Below are positions 46,808 through 56,713 of a DNA stretch of 64,000 nt, piece by piece. The stretch comes from a virus: the IMG/VR virus record IMGVR_UViG_3300028840_004348. The stretch is one strand, 5' to 3'. The notes beneath the pieces are model-generated. The model was not told the origin of the DNA, searched no databases, and saw only the letters and a program-made list of their open reading frames with translations. Positions within the stretch are counted from its first letter, which is position 1, and each line of letters starts with the position of its first letter. Position numbers and translations under genes: made by a program.

Positions 46808-47797
46808 TCAACCCGTTTCACCGAGAAGTCTCCGCAACCGGTCGAACACGGCCACTGCTCTTTCCGCTTCGGATGTCCAGTACGAAGTTCGATCCTTCTT
46901 CGGAAGCTTCAAGAGCGCCCGCTTCTCCGCGATGGTCAAGGGATCGTTCTCGTTGTAGTGGTCAACCAGGAAGTTTCCGAGATCATCGGTCTCCACCAGG
47001 CTCATGTATGCCACCGGCAGGAACAAGTTGAACAGGTCACACATCTTCCGCTGGAAGTCCCGCAGAACATGTCTGATCTGTTCGACCTCGTGCTTCGCCT
47101 TCGGGTCGTGCATCAGATCGTCCAGAACCTCCTCTACGCCTCCTGGAGCCTGCATCTCGTAGGGTCTGCCTCCGTGAGACCTGACGAACGTCTCGACGTC
47201 GTGGCGGAAGCGGAGGTTGTCCTGGTATTCCAAGCTCTCTTCCAGGACCTTCTTCCGTATCTCGCTCTCCTCGCGCTTCTGGGACTTCTGAATAGACCGG
47301 CAGATCGACGCGACGAACTCGGCGTCCATCTCGGCAGTCGTCCGAGAGGCGTGGCGCACGATGGCGAGCCCGTCGCCGTGGGGTCTCATCCAGCCGACGC
47401 CCTCGGGCAGTTCCTCCTCCTTGATGACGGTCTTGGATGCGACGAACCAGAACTCGTGGCACATCTGCCGAGCCCACTCGTTCTTACCCGGATTCTGAAG
47501 CTCGTTGAGAAAATCGCTCCGACTGGCCTTGACCTCGAAGGCGCAGCGCGTGAGACCGTCGCTCGGCCAGAGGTAGACGACGATGGCGTCGACCCAGCTG
47601 CTCGCGGCCCAACCGGTCCCATTGGCCACCTGCTCGAAGAGAGCATACCGCTGCGACTCTCCGAACTTGTTTCGGAGGCGCTGGATGAGGTCCTCGGCAG
47701 TGTACTTCTTGGGTGGCACTAGTTCTTGATCTCCAAGATTTCCTGCACCTTCTTCAGGTCGCAGCTTTCCTTGCACTCCTCCAGCCCCCATTGGCAC
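46808..47797 (-). CDS. Putative PD-(D/E)xK-fold nuclease family protein
   Basis: D...EVK core: DAIVVYLWPSDG...AFEVKASRSDF. Confidence 0.4.
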   Translation of the reverse strand: MPMGAGGVQGKLRPEEGAGNLGDQELVPPKKYTAEDLIQRLRNKFGESQRYALFEQVANGTGWAASSWVDAIVVYLWPSDGLTRCAFEVKASRSDFLNELQNPGKNEWARQMCHEFWFVASKTVIKEEELPEGVGWMRPHGDGLAIVRHASRTTAEMDAEFVASICRSIQKSQKREESEIRKKVLEESLEYQDNLRFRHDVETFVRSHGGRPYEMQAPGGVEEVLDDLMHDPKAKHEVEQIRHVLRDFQRKMCDLFNLFLPVAYMSLVETDDLGNFLVDHYNENDPLTIAEKRALLKLPKKDRTSYWTSEAERAVAVFDRLRRLLGETG

Positions 47798-48165
47798 TGC
47801 TGAAGCTCCAAGGTGCAGTCACTCAAGGTCTCCTCCCATTCCTCGTGACCACTCCTGGTCTCATAGAAATCGACAATCTCGTCGATCTCCTCGTTGCACA
47901 CCTCGATGGGGATGGAGCCGAAAGTCTCGTACTGCATCTCCAGCATCCAGAGATTGCTCATGTACCAAGGAGGATCGCAGTTGCAGAGGTCGCCACACTC
48001 GTCGTAGAGAGTCTGCTGACACCACTCCAGATCACTTCGGAGCTTTCCGATTCCGTAGTTCTTACTGAGCCAGAACCCTAGAACGCCTGCTGCTCCAGCA
48101 AGGATGAGCGCCAGTCCGATCATCTGTGCGGGGCTGATGAGCTTGATGCGATGAGGATTCTTCAT
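47719..48165 (-). CDS. Membrane-anchored Cys-rich protein
   Basis: N-terminal TM helix; several Cys. Confidence 0.4.
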   Translation of the reverse strand: MKNPHRIKLISPAQMIGLALILAGAAGVLGFWLSKNYGIGKLRSDLEWCQQTLYDECGDLCNCDPPWYMSNLWMLEMQYETFGSIPIEVCNEEIDEIVDFYETRSGHEEWEETLSDCTLELQQCQWGLEECKESCDLKKVQEILEIKN

Positions 48166-48166
48166 C

Positions 48167-48385
48167 TCAACCCCACCCTCTCCTCACCTCGATTTCGAAG
48201 TAACCCTGGCAGTGAGGGCAGTGGACCGTGGTGACGCCCCTCTCCAGCTTGTTCATGCCCTTGTGGCGGACGATGCCTTCGCAGCGGGGACAGACGACGG
48301 GGACTTGAGTCTTGAGCAGCTCAAGAACGCGGTCCACCTTCGAGCCCACCTCCCTGATCAGTTGCTCCTCGATAGTGGCCATCAC
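48167..48385 (-). CDS. Zinc-ribbon protein
   Basis: Motifs CPRCEG...CPHCQG. Confidence 0.35.
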   Translation of the reverse strand: MMATIEEQLIREVGSKVDRVLELLKTQVPVVCPRCEGIVRHKGMNKLERGVTTVHCPHCQGYFEIEVRRGWG

Positions 48386-48855
48386 TGACTCTCCACCTTC
48401 CGGGCAGTTGCCACGACGCCCTCCAGATCCTCCAGCCAGCGCGGGCTGAACTGAGAGACGAGGAACCAGTTCTCATCATCTTCAATATACAGTTCAGCCA
48501 CCATCCCCTTCCTACCATCTGGATCGAGAAGACGTTCGGTGAGCCGGATGCCAAAGATGCGCCCGGAGATCGTGATGTGCTTCTTCTTGAGAGGTAGGTA
48601 GCGTTCGGTCTCCCAGTCGTAGATACGCATGTCCGTGAAGATCTTCGGCAGTTCGACCGGAGGGGCCGTACCGCCCTTGAGGTCCCGGATCTCGTCTTCG
48701 AGCATCTCGACCTCGTCCTCCAGCTCCACGATGCGCTGCTGCTCTTCCTCCCGCTCGCACTCCCCGCAGAACCAGCGGTCTTCCTGACCCTGGTACATGG
48801 AGTTGTCGCCGTGGTTGGTGATCCAGTCGCGCGGACACTTCGGCTTCTCGTTCAT
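48382..48855 (-). CDS. Hypothetical protein
   Basis: 157-aa ORF. Confidence 0.4.
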   Translation of the reverse strand: MNEKPKCPRDWITNHGDNSMYQGQEDRWFCGECEREEEQQRIVELEDEVEMLEDEIRDLKGGTAPPVELPKIFTDMRIYDWETERYLPLKKKHITISGRIFGIRLTERLLDPDGRKGMVAELYIEDDENWFLVSQFSPRWLEDLEGVVATARKVESQ

Positions 48856-49232
48856 TCCAGCACCAGCTTTCTTGCGACTTCAGGCGTCGTATTGCAGGTG
48901 GCCGCGACGAACACGGCGAACTTGTCCAGCTCCATCTCGGCCTCCACCAGCTGCTCGCGCAGGTAGATCGCCGCCTCGGACATCTTGCCGGTGCCCCGGC
49001 ACATGCAGGGTTTCTTCGAAAGAGGTTCGCCAGCTCCCAGGCAGACGTCACAGATGTTGTCGGCCTTGGCCTCCTGGTAGGCATGCACGAGCCAATTCGC
49101 CATCTCCAGGAGCGCAGAGTACGGGTCCTTGTATCCACCCGTCTGATGAAGCTCCTTGTCATCAACCTTGAGCGTGATGACAGAGTAGGGATCCTCGTTC
49201 TTGCCTTTGGTGGTGAGGATGATCTGGTGCAT
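48852..49232 (-). CDS. Hypothetical protein (about 126 aa)
   Basis: Internal start MHQIIL; ATGA overlap with the upstream stop. Confidence 0.4.
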   Translation of the reverse strand: MHQIILTTKGKNEDPYSVITLKVDDKELHQTGGYKDPYSALLEMANWLVHAYQEAKADNICDVCLGAGEPLSKKPCMCRGTGKMSEAAIYLREQLVEAEMELDKFAVFVAATCNTTPEVARKLVLE

Positions 49233-49642
49233 CAGTCGGCCTGCGGCGGCGTGTAGTCGAGCAGAACGTCGCCGTCCTTGAACGGAGCGTGGTGCATCCA
49301 GGAGTTGGTATTGCGGACGACCTTGGGAGTGTGGCTCCGCATGTTGGAGAGCAGGATCTCCTGGTCCGGCTTGTTCTCGCGCTCCACGTCTTCGACGGTC
49401 AGCAGCTCGCCGCCGAGGTGGTACGTGCAACTCGTCGCCGTCCGCTTGCTGTCGAAGTCGTCGTCTCCCCGAGTCCGGGTCGTGAAGTAGAAGGCGTAGG
49501 GAGTCGCGCCGTAGCGCTCCTTGACCGATGCGGCCATCTCCATCGCCTTCTGGACGTCCCAGCTGTCGATCTCGTAGGTCGACTCCTCGGACACGAAAGT
49601 TCCCGGACTCAGGAACGTGACGAAATGCTTCTCGATTTCCAT
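49232..49642 (-). CDS. Hypothetical protein
   Basis: 136-aa ORF. Confidence 0.45.
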   Translation of the reverse strand: MEIEKHFVTFLSPGTFVSEESTYEIDSWDVQKAMEMAASVKERYGATPYAFYFTTRTRGDDDFDSKRTATSCTYHLGGELLTVEDVERENKPDQEILLSNMRSHTPKVVRNTNSWMHHAPFKDGDVLLDYTPPQAD

Positions 49643-49643
49643 C

Positions 49644-49907
49644 TCAGGCCTCCTCGAAGGTCATGTCCTTCAGCTTCTGGATCTTCTTCTCCAGATTGGC
49701 GATTTTCTTCAACCGGAGTTCCTCGGCGCGCTTGGCGGCATCGGCCTTGTTCTCAAAGGCATCTCTCCCCATCCTCAAGAAGACGCCCCAAGAGCCGTCC
49801 TGCTTGAAGTACACCTTGAGGTTGTTATTGACATCGCTTGAAAATTGACCTTCGAGCTGCTGAAGACCCTTCGTCTCCCATCTTTTCACTGACCAAACCT
49901 TGGCCAT
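49644..49907 (-). CDS. Hypothetical protein
   Basis: 87-aa ORF. Confidence 0.4.
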   Translation of the reverse strand: MAKVWSVKRWETKGLQQLEGQFSSDVNNNLKVYFKQDGSWGVFLRMGRDAFENKADAAKRAEELRLKKIANLEKKIQKLKDMTFEEA

Positions 49908-49908
49908 C

Positions 49909-50256
49909 TCAATCCTCCTCGTCGACCTTGTCGACTCCGGCCTGCTTGAACAGGTCGCCCAGACTCGTACCGATCTTCACCCCGGACCTCTTCTTTTTCT
50001 TCCGCTGCGGAAGATCGACCTCGACGGACTCCATCTTGAATCCGTGCAGCTTCCGATACGCTGCGCGTCCGCGCTTGACTTGCCGCAGCTCCTCCTCGCG
50101 GTCCTCTGCCAGCGCCGCCAACATGGCCTTGGCCCCGGCGTCGATGACGATGTCGAGGGGATTGGCGAACTCGTCGTTCTTTTCGTCTGCCGCAGCAGTC
50201 GCAGATGAAAGTCGGACTTTGGCAGAAACGACCGAGACCATCCCTCCAAAATCCAT
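49909..50256 (-). CDS. Hypothetical protein
   Basis: 115-aa ORF. Confidence 0.4.
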   Translation of the reverse strand: MDFGGMVSVVSAKVRLSSATAAADEKNDEFANPLDIVIDAGAKAMLAALAEDREEELRQVKRGRAAYRKLHGFKMESVEVDLPQRKKKKRSGVKIGTSLGDLFKQAGVDKVDEED

Positions 50257-50322
50257 TGGAATCTTGCCACATCTCGTCCGGTGGCGTCGGAGAACCCGGG
50301 ACTTCGAAGACTTCGTACATCT

Positions 50323-50733
50323 TCAGCTCTTCTTCCTGCGGATCACGTCTCCGCGTTCTACGGCGTACAGGAACTGCGGATACCAGATTTTCCACTCGCC
50401 CTCGGAGTCAAGACCCTTGTAGGGCTTGGCCGTCAAGTCGGACAGGACGCGTCCGATGAGATCTTCCGACCGATGTGGCTGTTGCCCGTTGTAGAGGCTC
50501 GTGGTTCCCGGCATCTGGAGCGGCTTGCCGTTGCCCTCCTCGCGCCCCACACGCTCGCGTAGACGCCCCAGCGCGATGTCACGCCCCCGAACCCGGTTGA
50601 ACATGTCGGTCGGGGCACAGAAGGCCGCTCCGAAGAGCCAGAGGTCGCTGTCCTCGTCGAGCCGTTTATAGGCTAAGGTGACCGCACCGTTCTTCTCGGT
50701 ACGGACGTGCATGAACTTCACTCCGTTCCTCAT
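50323..50733 (-). CDS. Hypothetical protein
   Basis: 136-aa ORF. Confidence 0.45.
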   Translation of the reverse strand: MRNGVKFMHVRTEKNGAVTLAYKRLDEDSDLWLFGAAFCAPTDMFNRVRGRDIALGRLRERVGREEGNGKPLQMPGTTSLYNGQQPHRSEDLIGRVLSDLTAKPYKGLDSEGEWKIWYPQFLYAVERGDVIRRKKS

Positions 50734-50734
50734 A

Positions 50735-51484
50735 TCAATCTTTCCTCGCTTTCTTTCGTTCCAGCTGCCCCCTCAGCGTGTTGGCGTAGCGTGTGCTCAA
50801 CCCGCTTGTTTCCATGAACTTCGGATGGACGGAGAGAACTCCGTGATCGACAAAAACCTCTGCATGACCGTACCAACTTTTCGAAAGAGGCGAGCAGAAG
50901 TTGACGTACCGATTGTTTATCCAGATTCGATCCTTCTGTTCCTTGGTGACGTACATATCCACTTCGGAAGCAAGCTCTGCGATCTGCTTCTTGAAGTGGG
51001 GAGTCAAGGCACTCGCAGGCACGATAACCACGATGCCGGTTCCGGGCTCGTAAGTACCGTCCATCCGTTTGAGATAATCGAGAGCATCCAGCAGCATCGT
51101 GGTGCTACGCCCCGTTCCGATCAGCTCTTCCTCGGAGAGATGCGAGTATTCGCCGGCACGATGCCGTTTCACTACGGACCAATTTATCATTTTCAGTCCT
51201 CCATCTTCATCTCGACGGTCAGCCTTTTGAGCGGCTTCTCCAGAACCAGCGTCCCCCTGACAGCGTGCCTTGAGCCTGTCCTCCATCTTCCCGGTGAAGG
51301 TGATGTTGCCACGCCGATCGAAGTCGGAGAACTCTTCCAGAAAGTGGTTCCAGGGCAAACCGGCGAAGGTCCACCGGGCGCGCTTCTCCTCGGCCACCAC
51401 GACGCACTCGAAGTGACGTTGGCCGATCTGGGCCGTCCCCACGAGAATACCGTTCTGCCTGCGCTCCCAGCTCATCTCGGGCAT
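50735..51484 (-). CDS. Hypothetical protein
   Basis: 249-aa ORF. Degenerate P-loop-like GTGRSTT with no Lys. Confidence 0.4.
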   Translation of the reverse strand: MPEMSWERRQNGILVGTAQIGQRHFECVVVAEEKRARWTFAGLPWNHFLEEFSDFDRRGNITFTGKMEDRLKARCQGDAGSGEAAQKADRRDEDGGLKMINWSVVKRHRAGEYSHLSEEELIGTGRSTTMLLDALDYLKRMDGTYEPGTGIVVIVPASALTPHFKKQIAELASEVDMYVTKEQKDRIWINNRYVNFCSPLSKSWYGHAEVFVDHGVLSVHPKFMETSGLSTRYANTLRGQLERKKARKD

Positions 51485-51485
51485 C

Positions 51486-52097
51486 TCAGTCTTTCCCTCC
51501 TGGGGGCCTCAGCGCCTCGTTCCAGGACACCGGATGCAGCCGCAGGAACTCGTACCGGACTCCCTTGTCCTGGGCAGCTCGGTCGAAGCAGGATGGGCAC
51601 AGGACGACGTCGGGGTCGCCCACGACTTCCATCCAGATGTCGTCTTCGATTTCGAAGCCGATCACGTTCCGATCGCCGCACCGGTAGCAGGTCTCGCAGG
51701 GCCACTCCTCCAACGAGTCGCGTCGAGGGACCTGACGCTTGAGATTATTGTGGACCGTGGTCTCCTCGCACTGTGCCAGCAACCCGCAGATCCGATCCGC
51801 CGGAGAGGGCACCGGGAGCACGACACGATGCTCGCTGACGAGCGACTTCACCACGACCTTCTCGTGCATCGTATCTTCGACGATGAGCACTCCACCGAAC
51901 TCAGGAGGGCTCCAAGGGACCTTGTAGTAGAGAACATGCGCCGTCCCGTGCCAGCCGGGTTCCCGATGGAGAATTGCGGCCATCGTTCCCAACGGAGCCA
52001 GGATCACCATATGGTTGCGTCGGATGCAGCTCTTTTCGACTTCGATGATGGCGTCCAGGAGGTCTTGTGCTCGAAGCTCTTTCATTTCCTCCACCAT
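51486..52097 (-). CDS. Hypothetical protein
   Basis: 203-aa ORF. Confidence 0.45.
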   Translation of the reverse strand: MVEEMKELRAQDLLDAIIEVEKSCIRRNHMVILAPLGTMAAILHREPGWHGTAHVLYYKVPWSPPEFGGVLIVEDTMHEKVVVKSLVSEHRVVLPVPSPADRICGLLAQCEETTVHNNLKRQVPRRDSLEEWPCETCYRCGDRNVIGFEIEDDIWMEVVGDPDVVLCPSCFDRAAQDKGVRYEFLRLHPVSWNEALRPPGGKD

Positions 52098-52243
52098 TCC
52101 TCGGCCAGGACGAAGAAGATGACTCCCACCGTCAGGAACAGCCCCATCACCGTGAGCGGGAATATCTTGAAGATGGAGCCCACGAAGAAGAACGCGGGAC
52201 CGGCCAAGAGAGGAATCAACCGAGCCAGCTTACCCCAGTTCAT
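52082..52243 (-). CDS. Small membrane protein (about 53 aa)
   Basis: Start MNWGKL. Two hydrophobic helices. Confidence 0.3.
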   Translation of the reverse strand: MNWGKLARLIPLLAGPAFFFVGSIFKIFPLTVMGLFLTVGVIFFVLAEEWWRK

Positions 52244-52245
52244 GC

Positions 52246-52767
52246 TCACTTCTCCTCGGGCGGATTCATCATGACGTGGCCTTTCCACTGACGACCGCCG
52301 ATGCTCGCCGTCCTGATGTCCTTGAGCAGCAGCGCCAGGTCCTCGACGGACGTGTCGACACGCGGCTCGTCGCCGAGCAGCTCCTGGATAAGGTGGACTC
52401 GCCGGGTCATCTCGTTCGGATCATCATCCGGAGCGCTCAGCGTCTCAAACACCCATTCGGCTTTCAAATACTCGTCGTTCCATCCGGGATGAGTCTCTGG
52501 CTGCATTCCGAGCACGGTGACGATCTGCTGTTCCCGTTCCGCGAGTCGACTTTGAAGTCGATGCAGCTCCTTGAGCGCGTCTGGAATAGAATCGAAGCCG
52601 GCGTCGAACAACGATTTCTTTGCAGTATTGACTACATCTTGAAGCCAATCCCGCGCCTTCTCCAACTCGGCGATGCGGTCGTCCTGGGACTCGATGTAGT
52701 CGAGCACATCTTCCATTACCTGCTTGCCCTCCATGAGGGCTTCGGCCATGTCGCGCTTACTCGTCAT
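52246..52767 (-). CDS. Hypothetical protein
   Basis: 173-aa ORF. Confidence 0.45.
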   Translation of the reverse strand: MTSKRDMAEALMEGKQVMEDVLDYIESQDDRIAELEKARDWLQDVVNTAKKSLFDAGFDSIPDALKELHRLQSRLAEREQQIVTVLGMQPETHPGWNDEYLKAEWVFETLSAPDDDPNEMTRRVHLIQELLGDEPRVDTSVEDLALLLKDIRTASIGGRQWKGHVMMNPPEEK

Positions 52768-53227
52768 CGTCCTTCTCCAGCACCTCCGTGTTCAGCTTGG
52801 GGAACACCGGGATACCGCGCGCCTCCAGCTCGCGACGGAGGTGCAGGTTCTCCTCCTCCAGCTCACCGCATTTCTGAAGCGCATCATTCAGCTGTTTCGT
52901 AAGCGTTACCGCCTCCTGCTCGGACGAGACGTATTCCGACAACGAGTACCACCACTCGACACCCTCTTTGGGAACCGAAGTGTAGCCCCAGAAGCTCCCG
53001 TCGACCGGGACTGCCGGAACGAGGTTGCCGATCTGATCGCTACCCGGCTGTAGCTGTTCACCTTGATCCGTCTCGGCGCAGGAGCGGCAGAGTAACTCGA
53101 TGCAGCTAGCAACGGTTTGATACTGCCGCCAGAGGCGTACTCCGTGGGCTCCGCAGCCCAGACATTTGTAGTCTGCGGGTAGATAGCCGGGAGGATACTG
53201 GGCCTTGTTCGTCGGATGCGCTTCCAT
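52757..53227 (-). CDS. Hypothetical protein (about 156 aa)
   Basis: Internal start MEAHPTNK. Confidence 0.35.
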   Translation of the reverse strand: MEAHPTNKAQYPPGYLPADYKCLGCGAHGVRLWRQYQTVASCIELLCRSCAETDQGEQLQPGSDQIGNLVPAVPVDGSFWGYTSVPKEGVEWWYSLSEYVSSEQEAVTLTKQLNDALQKCGELEEENLHLRRELEARGIPVFPKLNTEVLEKDDDE

Positions 53228-53398
53228 TGTTTTCAGCCTTCCTGGACAACGCTCCACGGTCCGCCGACGAAGTCGGCCTTGTCCCGCGACCAGAATGGAG
53301 CCACCGGCAGCATCAAGGAAGTCCCGTGGTACCAAGGCCCCTTCGCCAGCCGGCGATACCAGCGGAAGTCTCCGAGCATCCAATCGAGGAACTTCATC

Positions 53399-53983
53399 TC
53401 ACTTCTCCCGTCCGGGCCAAGTCGCACCATGCTCGACCATCCACTCGAAGAAGCGGTGCAGATAGTCCGCTTCCGACTCATCTTCCCGGCGCGGGTTCTC
53501 GCGCACGAAGGTGTCAACATATCGTTCCATGTTGGATTCCTCCCTCGGCTTCAGCGTGTTCACGCTGCGGTACACGGGCAGTGGTTCGGGCTCCGACTTC
53601 TCCAAGGCATTCATCAAGATCAGCACGGACCGGAGGTCTTCCTGCACTTCAAGCGCGTCCACGCGTCCTGGATGGCCGTACTTGAGGCAGAGGTACTGGA
53701 GACGGTCTACACCGGCTGCGAGGTCTCGTTCGGCCTTCCCGGTCCGCAGCAGCCATTCGCTCGCCGTCAAGCCCTCCTTGGTCTTCACGTTGAGCGCCAC
53801 CGCCCGCTCCTCCTTCAGACGGTCGTTCTCATCGAGAAGATCGAGGTACTCATTCCGAAGACAATCAGGACACCACCAAGCGTTGACTTCAAGCAAAAAT
53901 CGAAGCTCGTCATGCTCTTCACCACAATTATCGCAGCATCCTTCTTGATCGTTCATCTCAACAACCCCTCTCGAAACGGCCAC
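53399..53983 (-). CDS. Hypothetical protein with an N-terminal CxxC...CxxC
   Basis: 194-aa ORF. Confidence 0.45.
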   Translation of the reverse strand: MAVSRGVVEMNDQEGCCDNCGEEHDELRFLLEVNAWWCPDCLRNEYLDLLDENDRLKEERAVALNVKTKEGLTASEWLLRTGKAERDLAAGVDRLQYLCLKYGHPGRVDALEVQEDLRSVLILMNALEKSEPEPLPVYRSVNTLKPREESNMERYVDTFVRENPRREDESEADYLHRFFEWMVEHGATWPGREK

Positions 53984-54317
53984 ACTGACACCGATCCGGA
54001 CCAGTTCCTTCGGTCGACCGACCGCCCTCGGGGCAGATGTGGACGCGCTCCAGCACCTCGTACAGATCGTCTATCTGGGTCTTGAGCTTCTCGTTCTCGG
54101 CCTCGGCTGCTTCGGCGCGCACCAGGACTCTTCCGACCTTGTCGTTCTCTTCGTGGAGCAGCTTGACCAGCTCGACGACGCGATCACGAAGGCGATTACG
54201 CTCGTTGACGACGAGTTCGTAGAGAGGGACGCAGTCCTTCTGAACCAGGAGGGTACCCGACGAGCCCCCATCTTCGTGCCGTTCGTCGAACGGCACTTTC
54301 ACGCATTCAAGACGCAT
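53958..54317 (-). CDS. Coiled-coil protein
   Basis: 119-aa ORF. Confidence 0.4.
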   Translation of the reverse strand: MRLECVKVPFDERHEDGGSSGTLLVQKDCVPLYELVVNERNRLRDRVVELVKLLHEENDKVGRVLVRAEAAEAENEKLKTQIDDLYEVLERVHICPEGGRSTEGTGPDRCQCGRFERGC

Positions 54318-54965
54318 CTACTTCTCCAGTTCGGCCCAATACTTTTTGTGGGCAGCCACCTGCTCCTCGATCTTCAACGGCTCGCCCTTCAGGTGCCGCT
54401 GGAACGAGGTCAGGATCAGGCTGCTCATGTCGTCGGCGTGCTCCAGCCCCAGCTCGACCATGTACCTGTGAATAAGGGTCTCGGGTCGGTCGCCGCTAGG
54501 ATCGTACCAGAGGCCCCACTCGTTGCGTAGGAGCCGACCGAGCCCGTGGTGGTATTCTACTGGGTCGTGCTGCTTGAACTCTTCGAGATTCTCCGAACTC
54601 CCCATGTTCTTCAGAATTCGGAAACAGTCCTCCAGATCCTTGGGCTGTTCGATAACCAACGGGTCGACATCCGAGACAGTCGTACCGGCCAGCTCCTCCA
54701 GCCGGACGTTGCAGGGAGACGACTTGCGCCATATCTGCTCCCCGATCTTCTCCAGATCGAGGGGGAACCGGAAGACGATCGTCAGCTCGCCTAGGCCGTC
54801 CTTGTTCGTGACGTAAGCCGTCCCGCAGCGAGGGTGCTCGTATCGCTCCAGATTGTCACCTACCCAGGAACGGAAGACCTCTTTGAACACAGGCATCAAG
54901 GCTCCGTCCTCACCGTGCTCCAGATCCTCAACGGAAACGTCTATCGTGATTTCCGATTTCTTCAT
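54318..54965 (-). CDS. Hypothetical protein
   Basis: 215-aa ORF. Confidence 0.45.
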   Translation of the reverse strand: MKKSEITIDVSVEDLEHGEDGALMPVFKEVFRSWVGDNLERYEHPRCGTAYVTNKDGLGELTIVFRFPLDLEKIGEQIWRKSSPCNVRLEELAGTTVSDVDPLVIEQPKDLEDCFRILKNMGSSENLEEFKQHDPVEYHHGLGRLLRNEWGLWYDPSGDRPETLIHRYMVELGLEHADDMSSLILTSFQRHLKGEPLKIEEQVAAHKKYWAELEK

Positions 54966-54966
54966 C

Positions 54967-55350
54967 TCAGTCCTCCATCATTTCGTGTTGCATCAACTCG
55001 TCCAGCTCGGGATCACAGGTCCAGCTGGATGCGCGCAGCTCTTTCACGATTCGAGCAGCGATTTCAGCCACCGCTGGAACTGCGTCTCCCATGAAGAAGG
55101 TAGACGCTACTATGTCGCCGGGTCTGAACCGTATCTCCACTCCCCCGTTTCCCAAGAAGTAGTAGATATTGCCGCCAACCGTGTACGGGGAGTATTCGAT
55201 TTTGTGAGCAGCACAAAAGGCGTCCCATTTATCCGGCTCGACTGGTTCCTCGAACTTCATGTAGATCGCACTGCTCATCCCCTCCTCCGATCTCGCAACG
55301 ACGCAGGCATCCGAGACACATAAGGTGCGCGCTCCGGAAGATACTCCCAA
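54967..55350 (-). CDS. Hypothetical protein
   Basis: 127-aa ORF. Confidence 0.4.
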   Translation of the reverse strand: MGVSSGARTLCVSDACVVARSEEGMSSAIYMKFEEPVEPDKWDAFCAAHKIEYSPYTVGGNIYYFLGNGGVEIRFRPGDIVASTFFMGDAVPAVAEIAARIVKELRASSWTCDPELDELMQHEMMED

Positions 55351-55476
55351 CCCAAGAAAACGGGCTGGAGCACGAACTGCCCGTTACACAGCTTGAGCAG
55401 CTTGAAGTACTTCTTTGAGAAGATCGGCTGCCCACGCCTTGGGTACTCGTGACTGTCGTAGTCACCCCACGCCATC

Positions 55477-55785
55477 TCAGTCCTCCACTGCCGGTCCCAG
55501 AACCTCGTTGAAAGACCTGTGCTCGAACTCGATCATCGAGATGCGAGCCCGAAGAGTGCGCCTCCATTTGTCGGCTGCGGCGCAGCCCTCACATTTCGCG
55601 ATCTGATCTGAACTGTATCTATCCACCCGGTCGGTATGATGTTTTCGATCGCTCCTTGCGCCGTTCTCGTGCCGGCACAGACGGCGCTCGTACCACCTAC
55701 GCCGCTCCTTGTAGGGAAAGAGGAGGAGCAGCACGAGCATCGCGAACAAACGTGGCAGGTAGACAAACATCAGGTCGTAGAGCAT
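55477..55785 (-). CDS. Small membrane protein
   Basis: N-terminal TM helix. Confidence 0.35.
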   Translation of the reverse strand: MLYDLMFVYLPRLFAMLVLLLLFPYKERRRWYERRLCRHENGARSDRKHHTDRVDRYSSDQIAKCEGCAAADKWRRTLRARISMIEFEHRSFNEVLGPAVED

Positions 55786-55786
55786 C

Positions 55787-56020
55787 TCAATCCTCCATCT
55801 TCTTCATCACCAACTGAATCTCCTGTACCGTTAAGGAACCGTCCTCGCCGCAGCCGGAATATCGCGTGAGATAAATTTCGCCGTTGTCGAGCGCCCGGTC
55901 GAGTGCATCATCATCGAGACCTAGCGCTTCTTTTATCTGCTTCCGAAGCGACAATGCCAGGTCGCAGACGCAGGTATTGCGGTCGCGCCGACCTCCGCAG
56001 TGCTCACAAATTTCGGACAT
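55787..56020 (-). CDS. Small Cys-rich protein
   Basis: 77-aa ORF. Confidence 0.35.
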   Translation of the reverse strand: MSEICEHCGGRRDRNTCVCDLALSLRKQIKEALGLDDDALDRALDNGEIYLTRYSGCGEDGSLTVQEIQLVMKKMED

Positions 56021-56134
56021 CTCGATCTTCCTCTCAACTATCAGCTGTTATGCGGGGGTCGCATCAACCAGCATCTCGTCCAGATCGGCCAGGCCCCGTC
56101 GGTCATGACGATCTTCGCTCCGGGCTTCTTCTCG

Positions 56135-56353
56135 TCAGCCATCATCGTTCTCTAAGAGCTTCTTCTGACGCTTCACTTCCAGGCCACCCATCCAGTGAAA
56201 TTCCTCGTCCGGCTCGATGGGCTTCTCGCACACTGCACACGGGAAAGGCTTGAAGCTGATCAGCCCCAAACAGATCTCCGGGAACCCTTCGGGGTAGGCA
56301 CGATCCCAACACTCCTTGCAAACCGTCAGGTTATCGTAAGCATCAGCCCCCAT
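56135..56353 (-). CDS. Small Cys-rich protein
   Basis: 72-aa ORF. Confidence 0.35.
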   Translation of the reverse strand: MGADAYDNLTVCKECWDRAYPEGFPEICLGLISFKPFPCAVCEKPIEPDEEFHWMGGLEVKRQKKLLENDDG

Positions 56354-56354
56354 C

Positions 56355-56711
56355 TCAGCTCACCTTGAACCTCTTGTAGAAGTTCTCGTACTCTTTCCGG
56401 ATGTTCCGACCCAGCAGATCCGAGCAGACCCGGACCGCGTACTCGTTGGCGTGCTTCTCGCTCTGATACCTCCGAGCCAGCCTGCCGAACCGGTAGCCGC
56501 GCGGATAGGTGTAGATGTGCCCCATCTCATGCGCGAGCACGAAGAGCTTCTCCAGCGCGCTGAAGCCCGGCGCGATGACGATGGTGTACTGGCATTCGAT
56601 GTGGGGGACGACATAGCCGTACTTCTCCAGATCGAACACCACGATGCAAGGGCGCTCGGCCCCCAGCTGGTTCTTCACCATCGCGACGGCGGCAGGAGGA
56701 GAGAGCTTCAT
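56355..56711 (-). CDS. ImmA/IrrE-family HExxH metallopeptidase-like protein
   Basis: FVLAHEMGHIYTYP motif typical of the COG2856 family. Confidence 0.5.
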   Translation of the reverse strand: MKLSPPAAVAMVKNQLGAERPCIVVFDLEKYGYVVPHIECQYTIVIAPGFSALEKLFVLAHEMGHIYTYPRGYRFGRLARRYQSEKHANEYAVRVCSDLLGRNIRKEYENFYKRFKVS

Positions 56712-56713
56712 CT

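Noticed and set aside
48484-48495. CTGTATATTGA promoter-like motif inside ORF 48382..48855
   Set aside because: It sits within coding sequence (encoding ELYIED) with no start codon at the right spacing. It is probably a chance occurrence or a weak internal promoter, not annotated as a feature.
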